NCBI GenBank assembly: GCA_964013535.1 | Contig: CAXGWS010000003.1 | Span: 36,719-100,718 of the forward strand | Length of the DNA stretch: 64,000 nt | Origin: an uncultured Candidatus Poseidoniales archaeon | Lineage (GTDB): Archaea; Thermoplasmatota; Poseidoniia; Poseidoniales; Poseidoniaceae | Direction: 5' to 3' | In this document: positions 31,721 to 41,382 of the stretch, piece after piece | How positions within the stretch are numbered: the stretch's first letter is position 1 | Layout: each line of letters begins with the position of its first letter | The notes under the pieces: model-generated | What the model was told of the DNA's origin: nothing | What the model saw: the letters and a program-made list of their open reading frames with translations, nothing else | The model's database searches: none | Translations under genes and position numbers: made by a program

Positions 31721-32305
31721 GTGGCGGCAGGGATACGGAAACTCATGGGGCATGCTGTAGCAGTCTGTGGAATGCCAGGCTCTGGTAAAGGTGAATTCGC
31801 CAATATTATCGCAGACAACGGAATCCCGGTTAGATCAATGGGAGACATGGTAAGGGCCGAAGTTAAACTTAGAGGTCTTGAAGGTAATCCGAATGTATTT
31901 GGCGAAGTTGCAGCAGATTTACGAGCAAAATTTGGCGAAGAGGTTTTGGCAATTCGCCTTGCAGATGAGGTGACGGAACTGATGAAAACTCACCCCATTG
32001 TATTGATTGAAGGGATGCGAGGTACCGCAGAATTTCAGATATTCAACTCGAGATGGGCGCCACGGTTCAGTAGTGTCGCTATCACTGCGAACCCCGAAGT
32101 GCGGTTTCAGCGAACCCAATCGAGAGGGCGCTTAGAAGACGGTGATAGAGAACAATTCCAAATTAGAGAAGCTAGAGAAGCTGGCTGGGGATTGCACACT
32201 CTAATCGAACAAGCCGACTATCAAATAAATAACGAATCCACATTGGAAGATTTGGTTATCTCAACAAATAGTTGGTTGACAAAGTTTAGAATAATTATTT
32301 CTTGA
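31721..32305 (+). CDS. P-loop nucleotide kinase-like protein (archaeal UPF0200 / dephospho-CoA kinase-like fold)
   Basis: Walker A VCGMPGSGKGEF; about 190 aa; family assignment tentative. Confidence 0.4.
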   Translation: MAAGIRKLMGHAVAVCGMPGSGKGEFANIIADNGIPVRSMGDMVRAEVKLRGLEGNPNVFGEVAADLRAKFGEEVLAIRLADEVTELMKTHPIVLIEGMRGTAEFQIFNSRWAPRFSSVAITANPEVRFQRTQSRGRLEDGDREQFQIREAREAGWGLHTLIEQADYQINNESTLEDLVISTNSWLTKFRIIIS

Positions 32306-32376
32306 ATGCATTAATTTATGGCCAGTGTGGCCATTTTTTATCATCCTTTCACCGAAGTGTTATAGTTGTCCAACGC

Positions 32377-33942
32377 ATGTCGTCAAGTGCAACGGCAGGG
32401 GGTAATGGTTTGGCGAGGAAACGTGGAAAGCGCGGAGATTCAAGAAAACGGCAGCGTGCACAACAAAGAGCACAGTATGACGAGTTGGATAAATATCCAG
32501 TTATGCCTCCACACGCATTTGCCAGAATTGTGCGTGATAAAGCCACTTTAAACATCATTTACCAAATTATTGAGCCGCCAATGACAAAGAAGGAAGAGCA
32601 ATACCGTGAAGAAATAATGGATATTTTTATCCGTTCATTGACTGCCAATATCGATGAGATAGATGCAAATCCCGAGGCTTACCTAAGAACTGCAATGGAC
32701 AAGGTCATCAAATCATATGGTATGAAGATTAACAAGAAGTCGAAATCTAAGATTTTCTACTATCTGCGCAGGGACTTGATTGGTTATGGTGACATGGATG
32801 TTTTGATGAACGACGCTAACGTTGAGGATATTTCTTTGGACGGAACCAATGTACCAATTTTTGCGTATCACAGAAAATTTGAATCTGTTGAAACAACCTG
32901 TATCTGGAAGACCGATGATGAATTGGAATCATATGTAATCAAACTAGCACAAAGGTGTGGCAAACACATTTCAGTCGCCGACCCGCTGCTTGATGCAACG
33001 TTAATGGATGGTTCTAGAATCGTTATGAAACTGGGTCACGAAGTGTCGACGAGAGGTTCATCATTTTGTATTAGAAGGTTCAAGGATGATCCGTTTTCTC
33101 CAGCGGATATTATTGCGTTTAGAACAATGTCATCATTGATGGTATCATACTTGTGGATTGCTTTTCAAAATGAAGTCCCAATGCTGTTTGTCGGCGGTAC
33201 TGCGTCAGGAAAAACCACGACGCTGAACGCAATGTGTATTTTCATTCCATGGCAGATGAAGATTGTATCAATCGAATCCACCAGAGAAGTAAACATTCCT
33301 CAACCTAACTGGGTACCAGGTCTAACAAGACAAGGGTTCGGTGGCGAGTCCAGTGAAGGTGTAATCGGTGAGTTCGAGTTATTGAAAGCGGCTTTGAGAG
33401 AACGGCCGGAGTACATCATCGTGGGTGAAATACGTGGTGCAGAAGCATATGTTCTGTTCCAAGCCATGGCAACAGGTCACTGTGCTTATTCTACTGTTCA
33501 CGCTGATTCTGTACCTTCACTGGTACACAGATTGGAGAACAAGCCGATTGATATTCCTCGTGTTTTACTGCCTGCTCTCGAGGCATGTTCGATACAAATA
33601 CAGACTAGGATTAACGGTAAGCGTGTGCGAAGAACCAAACAACTGGTAGAAATTGTTGGAATAGACCCCAACTCGCTTGAGGTAATCACTAACGAAGTAT
33701 TCCGTTGGGATGTAACTTCTGATGACTTTATTTTCAGTGGTAAGTCATATGTTTTGGAAAAAATCATGGTTAAACTAAACTATTCGCAAGACGACATGCG
33801 CAGAGAACTAAGAACTCGAAAGAGAATACTTGAATGGATGGTTCTAAACGATATAAGGAAAGCAGACCAAGTTTCCCAAATCGTTACAGAATATTATGTA
33901 CGTCCTAATGAAATCCTTGCTCGTGTCGACGGACTACGTTGA
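32377..33942 (+). CDS. FlaI/ArlI-type secretion ATPase (GspE/VirB11 family) of an archaeal type IV pilus-like system
   Basis: Walker A FVGGTASGKTTTLNAM, Walker B and Asp/His boxes (IIVGEIRGAEAY, GHCAYSTVHA). The ORF opens at 32302; the start at MSSSAT (32377) is the likely one. Confidence 0.75.
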   Translation: MSSSATAGGNGLARKRGKRGDSRKRQRAQQRAQYDELDKYPVMPPHAFARIVRDKATLNIIYQIIEPPMTKKEEQYREEIMDIFIRSLTANIDEIDANPEAYLRTAMDKVIKSYGMKINKKSKSKIFYYLRRDLIGYGDMDVLMNDANVEDISLDGTNVPIFAYHRKFESVETTCIWKTDDELESYVIKLAQRCGKHISVADPLLDATLMDGSRIVMKLGHEVSTRGSSFCIRRFKDDPFSPADIIAFRTMSSLMVSYLWIAFQNEVPMLFVGGTASGKTTTLNAMCIFIPWQMKIVSIESTREVNIPQPNWVPGLTRQGFGGESSEGVIGEFELLKAALRERPEYIIVGEIRGAEAYVLFQAMATGHCAYSTVHADSVPSLVHRLENKPIDIPRVLLPALEACSIQIQTRINGKRVRRTKQLVEIVGIDPNSLEVITNEVFRWDVTSDDFIFSGKSYVLEKIMVKLNYSQDDMRRELRTRKRILEWMVLNDIRKADQVSQIVTEYYVRPNEILARVDGLR

Positions 33943-33957
33943 TGGGGAGAGATTACT

Positions 33958-34977
33958 ATGGAACTAACTGCTTGGCAAAGATTCTGTAACAGAATTCTTG
34001 GTAGGATACTCAAAAAGCGAGCACGTAGAGACACAAACCTCTCTGAAAACCTCGTTAAGGGTTCGATGGGCATCATGCCAGAAGTCTACCTCTCAACAGT
34101 GATTTTTACTTCGATTGCTGTCGCTTTAGTATGCTGGGGAATAATCGGGATATTCTTTCTACCAGAAGTTGGGGTGATTGCGTTTTGGGAAAGCCTACAA
34201 GATCCTGCCACAATCAATCCATGTCTCGACTGGGAATATTGGGAGCCCGAGTTGGTAGACAAATCCAAACCAGGTAACGGCTGTCCGGATTACGCAACCA
34301 GAATTTTCCCAGCGCCGTTCAAAGTTTTGATTTTGGCTCTGTTTGGCGCGATAATCCCTTACTCAGGTTTCCTACTAGTGCGTGGCGGTGCAAAACGTGA
34401 GGCCGACCGACGCGGTGCTCAAATCGAAAAGTACCTGCCATATGCTGCTTCATACACTGCTGCAATGTCTGCAGCTAACGCCACACCAGCTAAGATTTTC
34501 CGTTCTTTAGCGATGAATAAAGACATTTACGGTGATGTGTCCGAAGATGCTGGATTGATATATCGAGATGTAACATTACTCGGTTATGATTTAATCACTG
34601 CGATAAAACTCAGCGTTGACCGTGCTGCATCGGTTTGGCTAACTGAGTTTTTCCAAGGTATGGTTGGAACACTAACTTCTGGTGGTCACTTGAAATTGTA
34701 TTTCCTAAATAGGGCAGAACACTACATGAGAGAGAACCGAACTCGTCTCCAGCAATTCCTCGAGTCCATTGCATTACTGGCAGAATCATATATCGTAGTC
34801 GCAGTTGCTATGCCGCTGTTCTTGATTGTAATGTTGGTAATTATGTTCTGGGTTTCTGGCTCTGGCGCACAGATGTCAGAAGGCATGCTGTATGGAATAG
34901 TTCTTGGTTTCATTCCAATGATCCACATTGCATATGCTGTTTTAGTTTACACAAGCAGCAAGGAACAAGAGATGTGA
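33958..34977 (+). CDS. FlaJ/TadC-like platform membrane protein, first T2SSF-type domain
   Basis: N-terminal TM, a cytoplasmic helical T2SSF-like domain (KYLPYAASYTAAMSAAN...LTSGGHL) and C-terminal TM helices. Confidence 0.55.
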   Translation: MELTAWQRFCNRILGRILKKRARRDTNLSENLVKGSMGIMPEVYLSTVIFTSIAVALVCWGIIGIFFLPEVGVIAFWESLQDPATINPCLDWEYWEPELVDKSKPGNGCPDYATRIFPAPFKVLILALFGAIIPYSGFLLVRGGAKREADRRGAQIEKYLPYAASYTAAMSAANATPAKIFRSLAMNKDIYGDVSEDAGLIYRDVTLLGYDLITAIKLSVDRAASVWLTEFFQGMVGTLTSGGHLKLYFLNRAEHYMRENRTRLQQFLESIALLAESYIVVAVAMPLFLIVMLVIMFWVSGSGAQMSEGMLYGIVLGFIPMIHIAYAVLVYTSSKEQEM

Positions 34978-34986
34978 GTTGAGATT

Positions 34987-36603
34987 ATGGCAAGGAAGAA
35001 GAAGAAAAAACTAGTTGTTGAACTAGATCTTCCTAAGGATGATAAAACGCTAAAAAATCTGTACATTATTATTTTCATATCACTAATTTTGGGATTGTCC
35101 TCCGGGATTATGTGGGCCACAAATTCAGGATTTATTCCAACTGCTAACGGTGAACCTATGTTCACCAACGTATACTGTGGAGCAACAGCACAGGATGAAC
35201 TTGGAACGGATTTTTCCGCTGAATTTAGCGGCTCAGTAAAGCCATCATATCAGGCTAACGAATCCTGCGCAATTCTCAAAGACCAACCAGACCAGTTAGA
35301 GTGGTCTGAGAATCCGTGGACGAACTTCGTTTCTAGAGCTAAGTCATTTGACGTTCCCGGTATGCCTGAACAAGTCAAGGGTAATGTTGTGATTCAACAA
35401 CCGATGTCATTAGATTGCAAAGTAGAAGCAGCAACTCCGACCAGTTATACCGTTGCGGTAAGAGATCCAGATCTCAACGTGCTGGGCTCATTCACTGGCG
35501 TTACTGGCAAGGCTAGCGATGTATGCGCGATAGGTATTGACAACATGGAGCCAGACCGTGGCTATGAAGTGGCCATATTTTCAAATGAGGATGGAAAAAG
35601 GTTGAATTCTGCTGAATTCGACGTGACACTCGATTTCTATGACGGTATTCCAACCAATATGAATAACAAATCATTTTGGTTGGGTCCAAAGTTCGACTTG
35701 GGACCAATCGATTTGCGGCCAATGATTTTCCTAAACTTCTTCGGCTTGACTTTCTTTTTCTTACTATATCCTGCATCTTACTACTGGGAGAGAGTCGAGA
35801 AGCGTAAGAATGAGATTGAGGAAAAGTTCCCGGACTTCTTGAGAGATATGGCGGAGTATTGGAAAGGTGGTCTCTCAATGACAGTTGCTGTTCAAACGCT
35901 GGTTAAATCGGAATATGGTGCGCTGAATGACGAAGTCAAGAAAATGTCCGACCAATTGAGTTGGGGAATTAAGTTCAGTGACGTTATCAAACAATTCTCG
36001 GAACGGGTTGGTACGCCGCTGGTAAAAAGAGCGATTACCCTAATAGCAGAGGCAGACCGCGCTGGAGGAAAAATCTCAGACATTCTTGTCACTGCAGCGA
36101 ATGACTCTCGTGAAATCAAGTTCCTTGAGGGTGAGAGAAATCGAGCCATAGGTTCGTACATTGCGGTTATATGGACCTCATATTTCGTATTTTTAGGGGT
36201 AATTACGCTGCTTGGTAAGATCTTTATTCCAGCTATTGCTAAATCCAATTCCGGTGATGAAGGAGGCGGAGATTCCGGTGGTGCGAACATTGGTAATATG
36301 ACAATTAGATCAATCGACCCGTTATTTTTCGTAACAGTATTTTATTACGGCGTGACTATGCAAGCACTCGGTAATGGTTCTATGGCTGGTTTGATGCAGA
36401 ATGGTAGGTTCTCAGCCGGATTTAAGCACTCGGGAATGATGATTGTCGCCGCTCTATTGGCGTTCAACTTGTTGGTATTCAGCCCCGATTTAATTGGTGA
36501 ATCGAGCCACGCAATTTCCCAACAAATCATTACTTCAGATTCAACTTATACAGTTGGATTAAACCCGTCAGGTGGTGGCTATGTTCCATCACCAATAATA
36601 TGA
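34987..36603 (+). CDS. FlaJ/TadB-like platform membrane protein, second T2SSF-type domain, with an N-terminal extracellular insertion of about 200 aa
   Basis: TM near residue 25, a soluble Cys-containing region to about residue 250, then a T2SSF-like cytoplasmic domain (EKFPDFLRDMAEYWKGGLSM...ADRAGGKISDIL) and C-terminal TMs with a Gly-rich loop. Confidence 0.55.
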   Translation: MARKKKKKLVVELDLPKDDKTLKNLYIIIFISLILGLSSGIMWATNSGFIPTANGEPMFTNVYCGATAQDELGTDFSAEFSGSVKPSYQANESCAILKDQPDQLEWSENPWTNFVSRAKSFDVPGMPEQVKGNVVIQQPMSLDCKVEAATPTSYTVAVRDPDLNVLGSFTGVTGKASDVCAIGIDNMEPDRGYEVAIFSNEDGKRLNSAEFDVTLDFYDGIPTNMNNKSFWLGPKFDLGPIDLRPMIFLNFFGLTFFFLLYPASYYWERVEKRKNEIEEKFPDFLRDMAEYWKGGLSMTVAVQTLVKSEYGALNDEVKKMSDQLSWGIKFSDVIKQFSERVGTPLVKRAITLIAEADRAGGKISDILVTAANDSREIKFLEGERNRAIGSYIAVIWTSYFVFLGVITLLGKIFIPAIAKSNSGDEGGGDSGGANIGNMTIRSIDPLFFVTVFYYGVTMQALGNGSMAGLMQNGRFSAGFKHSGMMIVAALLAFNLLVFSPDLIGESSHAISQQIITSDSTYTVGLNPSGGGYVPSPII

Positions 36604-36654
36604 GGAGTTGATTGCCTGCGCGATGATGAAGCCGCTCAAATCCACATTCTTGAG

Positions 36655-37056
36655 ATGCTTACATTGTTTTGGCTATTCTTCATGTCCGCCACATTTCTGA
36701 TTCGTATCGACGTCCCAGATTCTCGTTCTGTAGCTCATGATACAAGTCTTGAGGCTGCTGGCGAATCGGTTTTACAATACGGTTTGGGCCTTGATGCAGA
36801 GGTCGCAGGTGAAAACCGACTTGCTGAATTACTATCTCAAGCAGATAATGACGGCGCATGTACTCTACTTCAAGACGCACTTATGGCCGGTAAAGAAGCG
36901 AATTGTTGGTTGGCCAAAAATAGCGGCATCTCCAATCCATATGGGCTGGTTGGAACACCATCAGGCAATACGGTAACAGTGCATCATCTTCTAACCGTTG
37001 ATGATAATGTTTGGACAATAAGCTTGACTTTGTGGAATATTGGCGGTGGTGCTTGA
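36655..37056 (+). CDS. Hypothetical small protein with an N-terminal hydrophobic anchor (possible pilus-associated component)
   Basis: 133 aa starting MLTLFWLFFMSATFLI. Lies downstream of the platform genes and is translationally coupled to the next ORF. Confidence 0.3.
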   Translation: MLTLFWLFFMSATFLIRIDVPDSRSVAHDTSLEAAGESVLQYGLGLDAEVAGENRLAELLSQADNDGACTLLQDALMAGKEANCWLAKNSGISNPYGLVGTPSGNTVTVHHLLTVDDNVWTISLTLWNIGGGA

Positions 37057-37493
37057 TGCATCGTACCACTTGTACTCGTGATGAACGGGCTCAAATGTTG
37101 CTAGCAACGGGGGTAGTTCTTCTGTTATCCCTGCTTTCTATGGCCGTATTTAGTGTAAAAGTAGCAGGTTTAACTTCTGCTCACGAACCTAACGCCGATT
37201 CAGTTATCGAAACAACCAAGGAGGTTGTCGATGTATTGCCTTCACTAACTGAAAATCGTACAGAACTATGGGTAACTAACGGTGTGGAACGGTTAGATGC
37301 TGTTGAGTTAGCAATGTCAAGCGTGAACGATGACCTGTTACATCACGGCGAAATAAGAGGCGTTGAGATAAAAATGTTGAATATTGTAATGGTATCAATA
37401 GACTCAACAACCATCGAAATAAGTCTAGATTTAGGTGTTACCGATGATTCATCAACCTTGCAAAGCCAAGTTACTTTCACCATCAACGGTTAG
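37056..37493 (+). CDS. Candidate archaeal pilin-like protein (class III signal-peptide-like N-terminus)
   Basis: Start ATG overlaps the upstream TGA (TGATG). N-terminus MHRTTCTRDERAQ then MLLATGVVLLLSLLSMAVF, i.e. a charged region, RA, then a hydrophobic stretch as in prepilin-peptidase substrates. The ORF track opens at 37011. Confidence 0.3.
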   Translation: MHRTTCTRDERAQMLLATGVVLLLSLLSMAVFSVKVAGLTSAHEPNADSVIETTKEVVDVLPSLTENRTELWVTNGVERLDAVELAMSSVNDDLLHHGEIRGVEIKMLNIVMVSIDSTTIEISLDLGVTDDSSTLQSQVTFTING

Positions 37494-38173
37494 CCTCGTC
37501 TTTGATTCCAAGCGACATCCAAGTGATGTTCAATTTTTTCTAAATCACTCGACACTCTAGATATATCGACAACTGGCCATGAGGCAATTTTTGAACGTTC
37601 AATCAGTCCATCCTGGATTCTTCTAATCCGATCAAAATTGGCCATGTATCGGTCATGTCTTCTAAATGAGTGAGCATCGCGTGATTTAATCATCGACTTG
37701 TGTTTGTCTTCATCACTCACCGCCATTATTACGCCAACAGCAATTCCGCCAGATTCTATCCAGTTGCGAATCAATCGATCGCTTGGAATTATGTGTACTC
37801 CTTCAATCAATAAGTCAATACCTTCTCGCATTGCTCGATTAATGGTTGCATCAATGCCTTGCTCAACCGCCTTACAGGTGTCGACCCAGTCAATAATTGC
37901 GTCATTTGAATCACCGATCGAGAATGAGGAACGATGCAATGCTGGATTGGCATGGTCTTCATCAGTGGAACGGAGAATTTCTCTTATTGCGTCGGTGGAT
38001 ATTAATCGCGCAAATTTACTCTTAGCGCCAATGGTCATGGCCACAGTTGATTTTCCAGTAGCCGTTGCCCCCGCAATAATCAGCAGTCTTGGTGGACGTT
38101 TGGCGATGGTCCTTGCCGTTGTTCCAGCGAGACCGACCGTTCGAGCCATGGTGTATGTATGATGAACTGACAA
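37490..38173 (-). CDS. P-loop kinase of the 2-phosphoglycerate kinase-like family
   Basis: Walker A AGATATGKST, about 225 aa; resembles the archaeal 2PGK / ATP-binding domain family. Confidence 0.4.
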   Translation of the reverse strand: MSVHHTYTMARTVGLAGTTARTIAKRPPRLLIIAGATATGKSTVAMTIGAKSKFARLISTDAIREILRSTDEDHANPALHRSSFSIGDSNDAIIDWVDTCKAVEQGIDATINRAMREGIDLLIEGVHIIPSDRLIRNWIESGGIAVGVIMAVSDEDKHKSMIKSRDAHSFRRHDRYMANFDRIRRIQDGLIERSKIASWPVVDISRVSSDLEKIEHHLDVAWNQRRG

Positions 38174-38265
38174 TTATAGTTATCATGCAAAAATGACGAA
38201 TTGACTTCATTACTTAGTCTACAGAATTAGCGAACACCTTTCAAGAGAAACTCAGTGCGGCTAAT

Positions 38266-39702
38266 ATGAGCGCAGAAAAAATGTACATTGCTGGTGAATG
38301 GACCGACTCGGAAAACGGTGACGTCAGCAATGCGATAAACCCCGCAACAGGCGATACAATTTCCACCGTGCCAAAGGCTACAGTCGGTGATGTTAACCGC
38401 TGTGTTGAAGCCTCAAGAGCTGCTTTTGAAAGCGCAGACTGGAAGAAAATGGACCCAGCACAAAGAGGTAGAATTCTCAACAAGATGGCGGCAGCCACAT
38501 ATGCAGCAGCAAAAGAATTAGCAAAGGTAGAATCGGAGAATAATGGCAAAACATTCCGAGAAGCACTATCTGAAATCCGTTACGGTGCGTGGACATTAGA
38601 ATACTTCGCCGGTCTTACCGACAAGATTGAGGGAAGTACAATACCAGTACCGGGGAATAGATTGAACTACACGCTCCGGCAACCAATTGGGGTAACAGCC
38701 CATATCGTGCCTTGGAACTTCCCGCTACAATTGGCTCTGCGTTCTATTGCCCCAGCGCTTGCTGCTGGTTGTACAGTAATCGCCAAACCTGCATCTTGGA
38801 CTCCACTATCACTAATTGCTTGGATGAGGAAAATGGATGAAGCGAATGTTGGCCTTCCAGCTGGAGTGTTGCAAGTAATTACTGGCTCGGGCGGGCTAAT
38901 TGGAGATGCACTGGCAGGTCACAAGGGTGTCGACGGTATCGTCCTTACCGGTGGCGTTCCAACTGGTAAAACTGTGATGGCGAAAGCAAGTGAAAACCTC
39001 ACCCCAGTGACTCTTGAACTCGGTGGGAAAGGTGCAAATATCGTATTTCCCGATGCAAATCTAAAGTATGCGGCTAAGGCAATTTGTTTTGGTATTTTCA
39101 TGAACGCAGGACAGATGTGTTGGGCTGGTTCAAGATTGATTGTTCACGAGGACATTCATGATGAATTAGTAGCTGCCGTTGTCGCTGAGGTCGGTAAGTG
39201 GAAAGTAGGGCCAGGCATGGCAGAAGGAGTCAGAATCGGCAGTCTTGTCCACGAAAATCACCGTACTGAGGTGTTGGAAAAGTTAGCACAAGCCCTATCT
39301 CACGGCGGTTCAGTCGCCTGTGGTGGTAATGCGATATCTGGTGATGGAGCATTCATGGAAGCGACGATTGTAACAGATGTAGACGTAGAAAACCCTCTGT
39401 TCAATGAGGAATTGTTCGGTCCAGTATTATCGGTTACTAAATTCTCAACCGATGAGGAAGCATTAGCCTTGGCAAACCATTCTGATTTTGGCCTACTAAA
39501 CGGTATATGGACTAATAATTTGAGTCGTGCGCACAATTTAGCCCGCGACTTAGAGTCTGGTATGGTCTCTATCAACGAGTATCCGATTACTTTCCCACAA
39601 ACCGCTTTCACAGGTTGGAAGCAATCAGGAATCGGTATTGAACAAAGCAAAGATGCGCTAAGGTTCTACACCAAGGTAAAAAATGTCAATGTGAAATTGT
39701 GA
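38266..39702 (+). CDS. NAD(P)+-dependent aldehyde dehydrogenase
   Basis: ELGGKGANIVF (general base Glu) and catalytic Cys in NAGQMCWAGSR; 478 aa. Confidence 0.85.
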   Translation: MSAEKMYIAGEWTDSENGDVSNAINPATGDTISTVPKATVGDVNRCVEASRAAFESADWKKMDPAQRGRILNKMAAATYAAAKELAKVESENNGKTFREALSEIRYGAWTLEYFAGLTDKIEGSTIPVPGNRLNYTLRQPIGVTAHIVPWNFPLQLALRSIAPALAAGCTVIAKPASWTPLSLIAWMRKMDEANVGLPAGVLQVITGSGGLIGDALAGHKGVDGIVLTGGVPTGKTVMAKASENLTPVTLELGGKGANIVFPDANLKYAAKAICFGIFMNAGQMCWAGSRLIVHEDIHDELVAAVVAEVGKWKVGPGMAEGVRIGSLVHENHRTEVLEKLAQALSHGGSVACGGNAISGDGAFMEATIVTDVDVENPLFNEELFGPVLSVTKFSTDEEALALANHSDFGLLNGIWTNNLSRAHNLARDLESGMVSINEYPITFPQTAFTGWKQSGIGIEQSKDALRFYTKVKNVNVKL

Positions 39703-39711
39703 AGTGGAAAT

Positions 39712-40494
39712 ATGCCAGTGTTAGTTAGCGAATTGGAGAATGGTATTGCGCTGGTCACTATGGCCGGAAAATCTGCAACCCAGTCATTTTCAATGGAGTT
39801 TCTTCCGCAAATTGCTGAAGCGATCGATTCCTGCTTGTCTAACCCTGACACCCGAGCTGTTGTCATTACAGGCGAGGGTAAATTCTTCTCTGCGGGTGCA
39901 GATATCAATGCATTTGCTGAAGCGATTCAAACCGGCGAAGCGCCGCAATTAATACGCGGTCTTACCGGAATTTTACATCCGCTAATCTTGCGAATGAGGC
40001 AATCGCCCACGATTTGTGTAGCTGCAATAAATGGAGCATGTGCAGGTGGCGGGTTGGGGCTCGCACTTGCTTGTGATGCAAGAATTGCTTCAGACGGAGC
40101 CAAAATTGCCGCATCATATTCTGGGATGGGACTGTCACCTGATGGTGGTACAACTTGGCTATTACCAAGATTGGTCGGTAATCAAGTAAGCCGCAAATTC
40201 TTCTTTGAAAATAGCATTTGGGACGCTAAGCAATCACTGAACTACGGTGCGGTTGATGAATTGGTTGACCAATCAGAGTTACTGGAACGAGCCAAACAAG
40301 TAGCGAAGTTGTGGAGTTCTTGGGGTTCACACACCAAGGAAGCCACCAAGCATTTACTCGATGTACAAACTCATCATGACTTCGAGACGCATTTGAAGCA
40401 TGAGCGTACTTTAATCGAAGCCGCAGGAACCACTGAAGCCTTCAAAGAAGGTGTGTCGGCATTTATCGAAAAGCGGAAACCGAATTTTGATTAA
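39712..40494 (+). CDS. Enoyl-CoA hydratase/isomerase (crotonase fold)
   Basis: FFSAGADINAF and AAINGACAGGGLGLALACDARIAS. Confidence 0.75.
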   Translation: MPVLVSELENGIALVTMAGKSATQSFSMEFLPQIAEAIDSCLSNPDTRAVVITGEGKFFSAGADINAFAEAIQTGEAPQLIRGLTGILHPLILRMRQSPTICVAAINGACAGGGLGLALACDARIASDGAKIAASYSGMGLSPDGGTTWLLPRLVGNQVSRKFFFENSIWDAKQSLNYGAVDELVDQSELLERAKQVAKLWSSWGSHTKEATKHLLDVQTHHDFETHLKHERTLIEAAGTTEAFKEGVSAFIEKRKPNFD

Positions 40495-41381
40495 AAATCA
40501 GGCAAATCGGTTTCTTCGGCTTCACCACTTGACCAGTCATAAATTCCGATACCAGTTTTTTTACCCAAGCGATTTTCAGCGACCAATTTCTCAAGTAGTG
40601 GATGTGGTTTATATGAATCATCATTGAATGAGTCTTGCAAATTATTCAAGATGTCTCTTCTAACGTCAAGTCCAACTAAATCCGTTAGGGCAAGTGGCCC
40701 CATTGGATGTTTGTAACCAAGTACCATCGCAGTGTCGATATCCTTTGCGCTAGCCACTCCATCAGCCAACATTCGAATTGCTTCATTGCCTAGAACAACA
40801 CCCAATCTCGAAGTTGCAAATCCAGGAACATCATTGACCAAGATGGTGGTTTTATTCATCGCTGAACCGGCAGCTCTGGCTAATTCAATAGTTGCTGAAC
40901 TGGTTCCTTCATGCTTTACTAGTTCTAGTAATTTCATAATTGGGACTGGATTAAAGAAATGCATACCGATTAAACGCTGAGGATTTGATACCGCGCTGGC
41001 TATTTTCCTTATCGACAGGCTTGAGGTATTGGTGGCAAAAACGGTAGTATCAGCGCAGTGCGGGGCTATCTCTTGGAATATTTGTTGTTTCAGTTCAAGA
41101 ATTTCAGGTACTGCTTCGATTACTAAATCTGAATCCTTTACTGCACTTGGTAGGTCTGCATTTGGTGATAAGTTTGCTGACCATTCCTGTTTTTGCTCGA
41201 TAGTGGTTTTTCCTCTCGCAATACCCTTGTCCCAAAATGCTTCAATTCTTTGCATACCTCGTTCAAGACCATCAGGATATGCGTCATAAAGCGTGGTTTT
41301 CCATCCCGCTTGAGCACAGACTTGAGCGATTCCCGCCCCCATTGTTCCGGCTCCAATCACTGTGACTTTGCTAATCCCCAT
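40491..41381 (-). CDS. 3-hydroxyacyl-CoA (3-hydroxybutyryl-CoA) dehydrogenase
   Basis: Rossmann VTVIGAGTMGAGIAQV plus a C-terminal 3HCDH domain. The ORF opens at 41447, but the start at MGISKV (41381) abuts the upstream gene's stop. Confidence 0.8.
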   Translation of the reverse strand: MGISKVTVIGAGTMGAGIAQVCAQAGWKTTLYDAYPDGLERGMQRIEAFWDKGIARGKTTIEQKQEWSANLSPNADLPSAVKDSDLVIEAVPEILELKQQIFQEIAPHCADTTVFATNTSSLSIRKIASAVSNPQRLIGMHFFNPVPIMKLLELVKHEGTSSATIELARAAGSAMNKTTILVNDVPGFATSRLGVVLGNEAIRMLADGVASAKDIDTAMVLGYKHPMGPLALTDLVGLDVRRDILNNLQDSFNDDSYKPHPLLEKLVAENRLGKKTGIGIYDWSSGEAEETDLPDF

Positions 41382-41382
41382 G

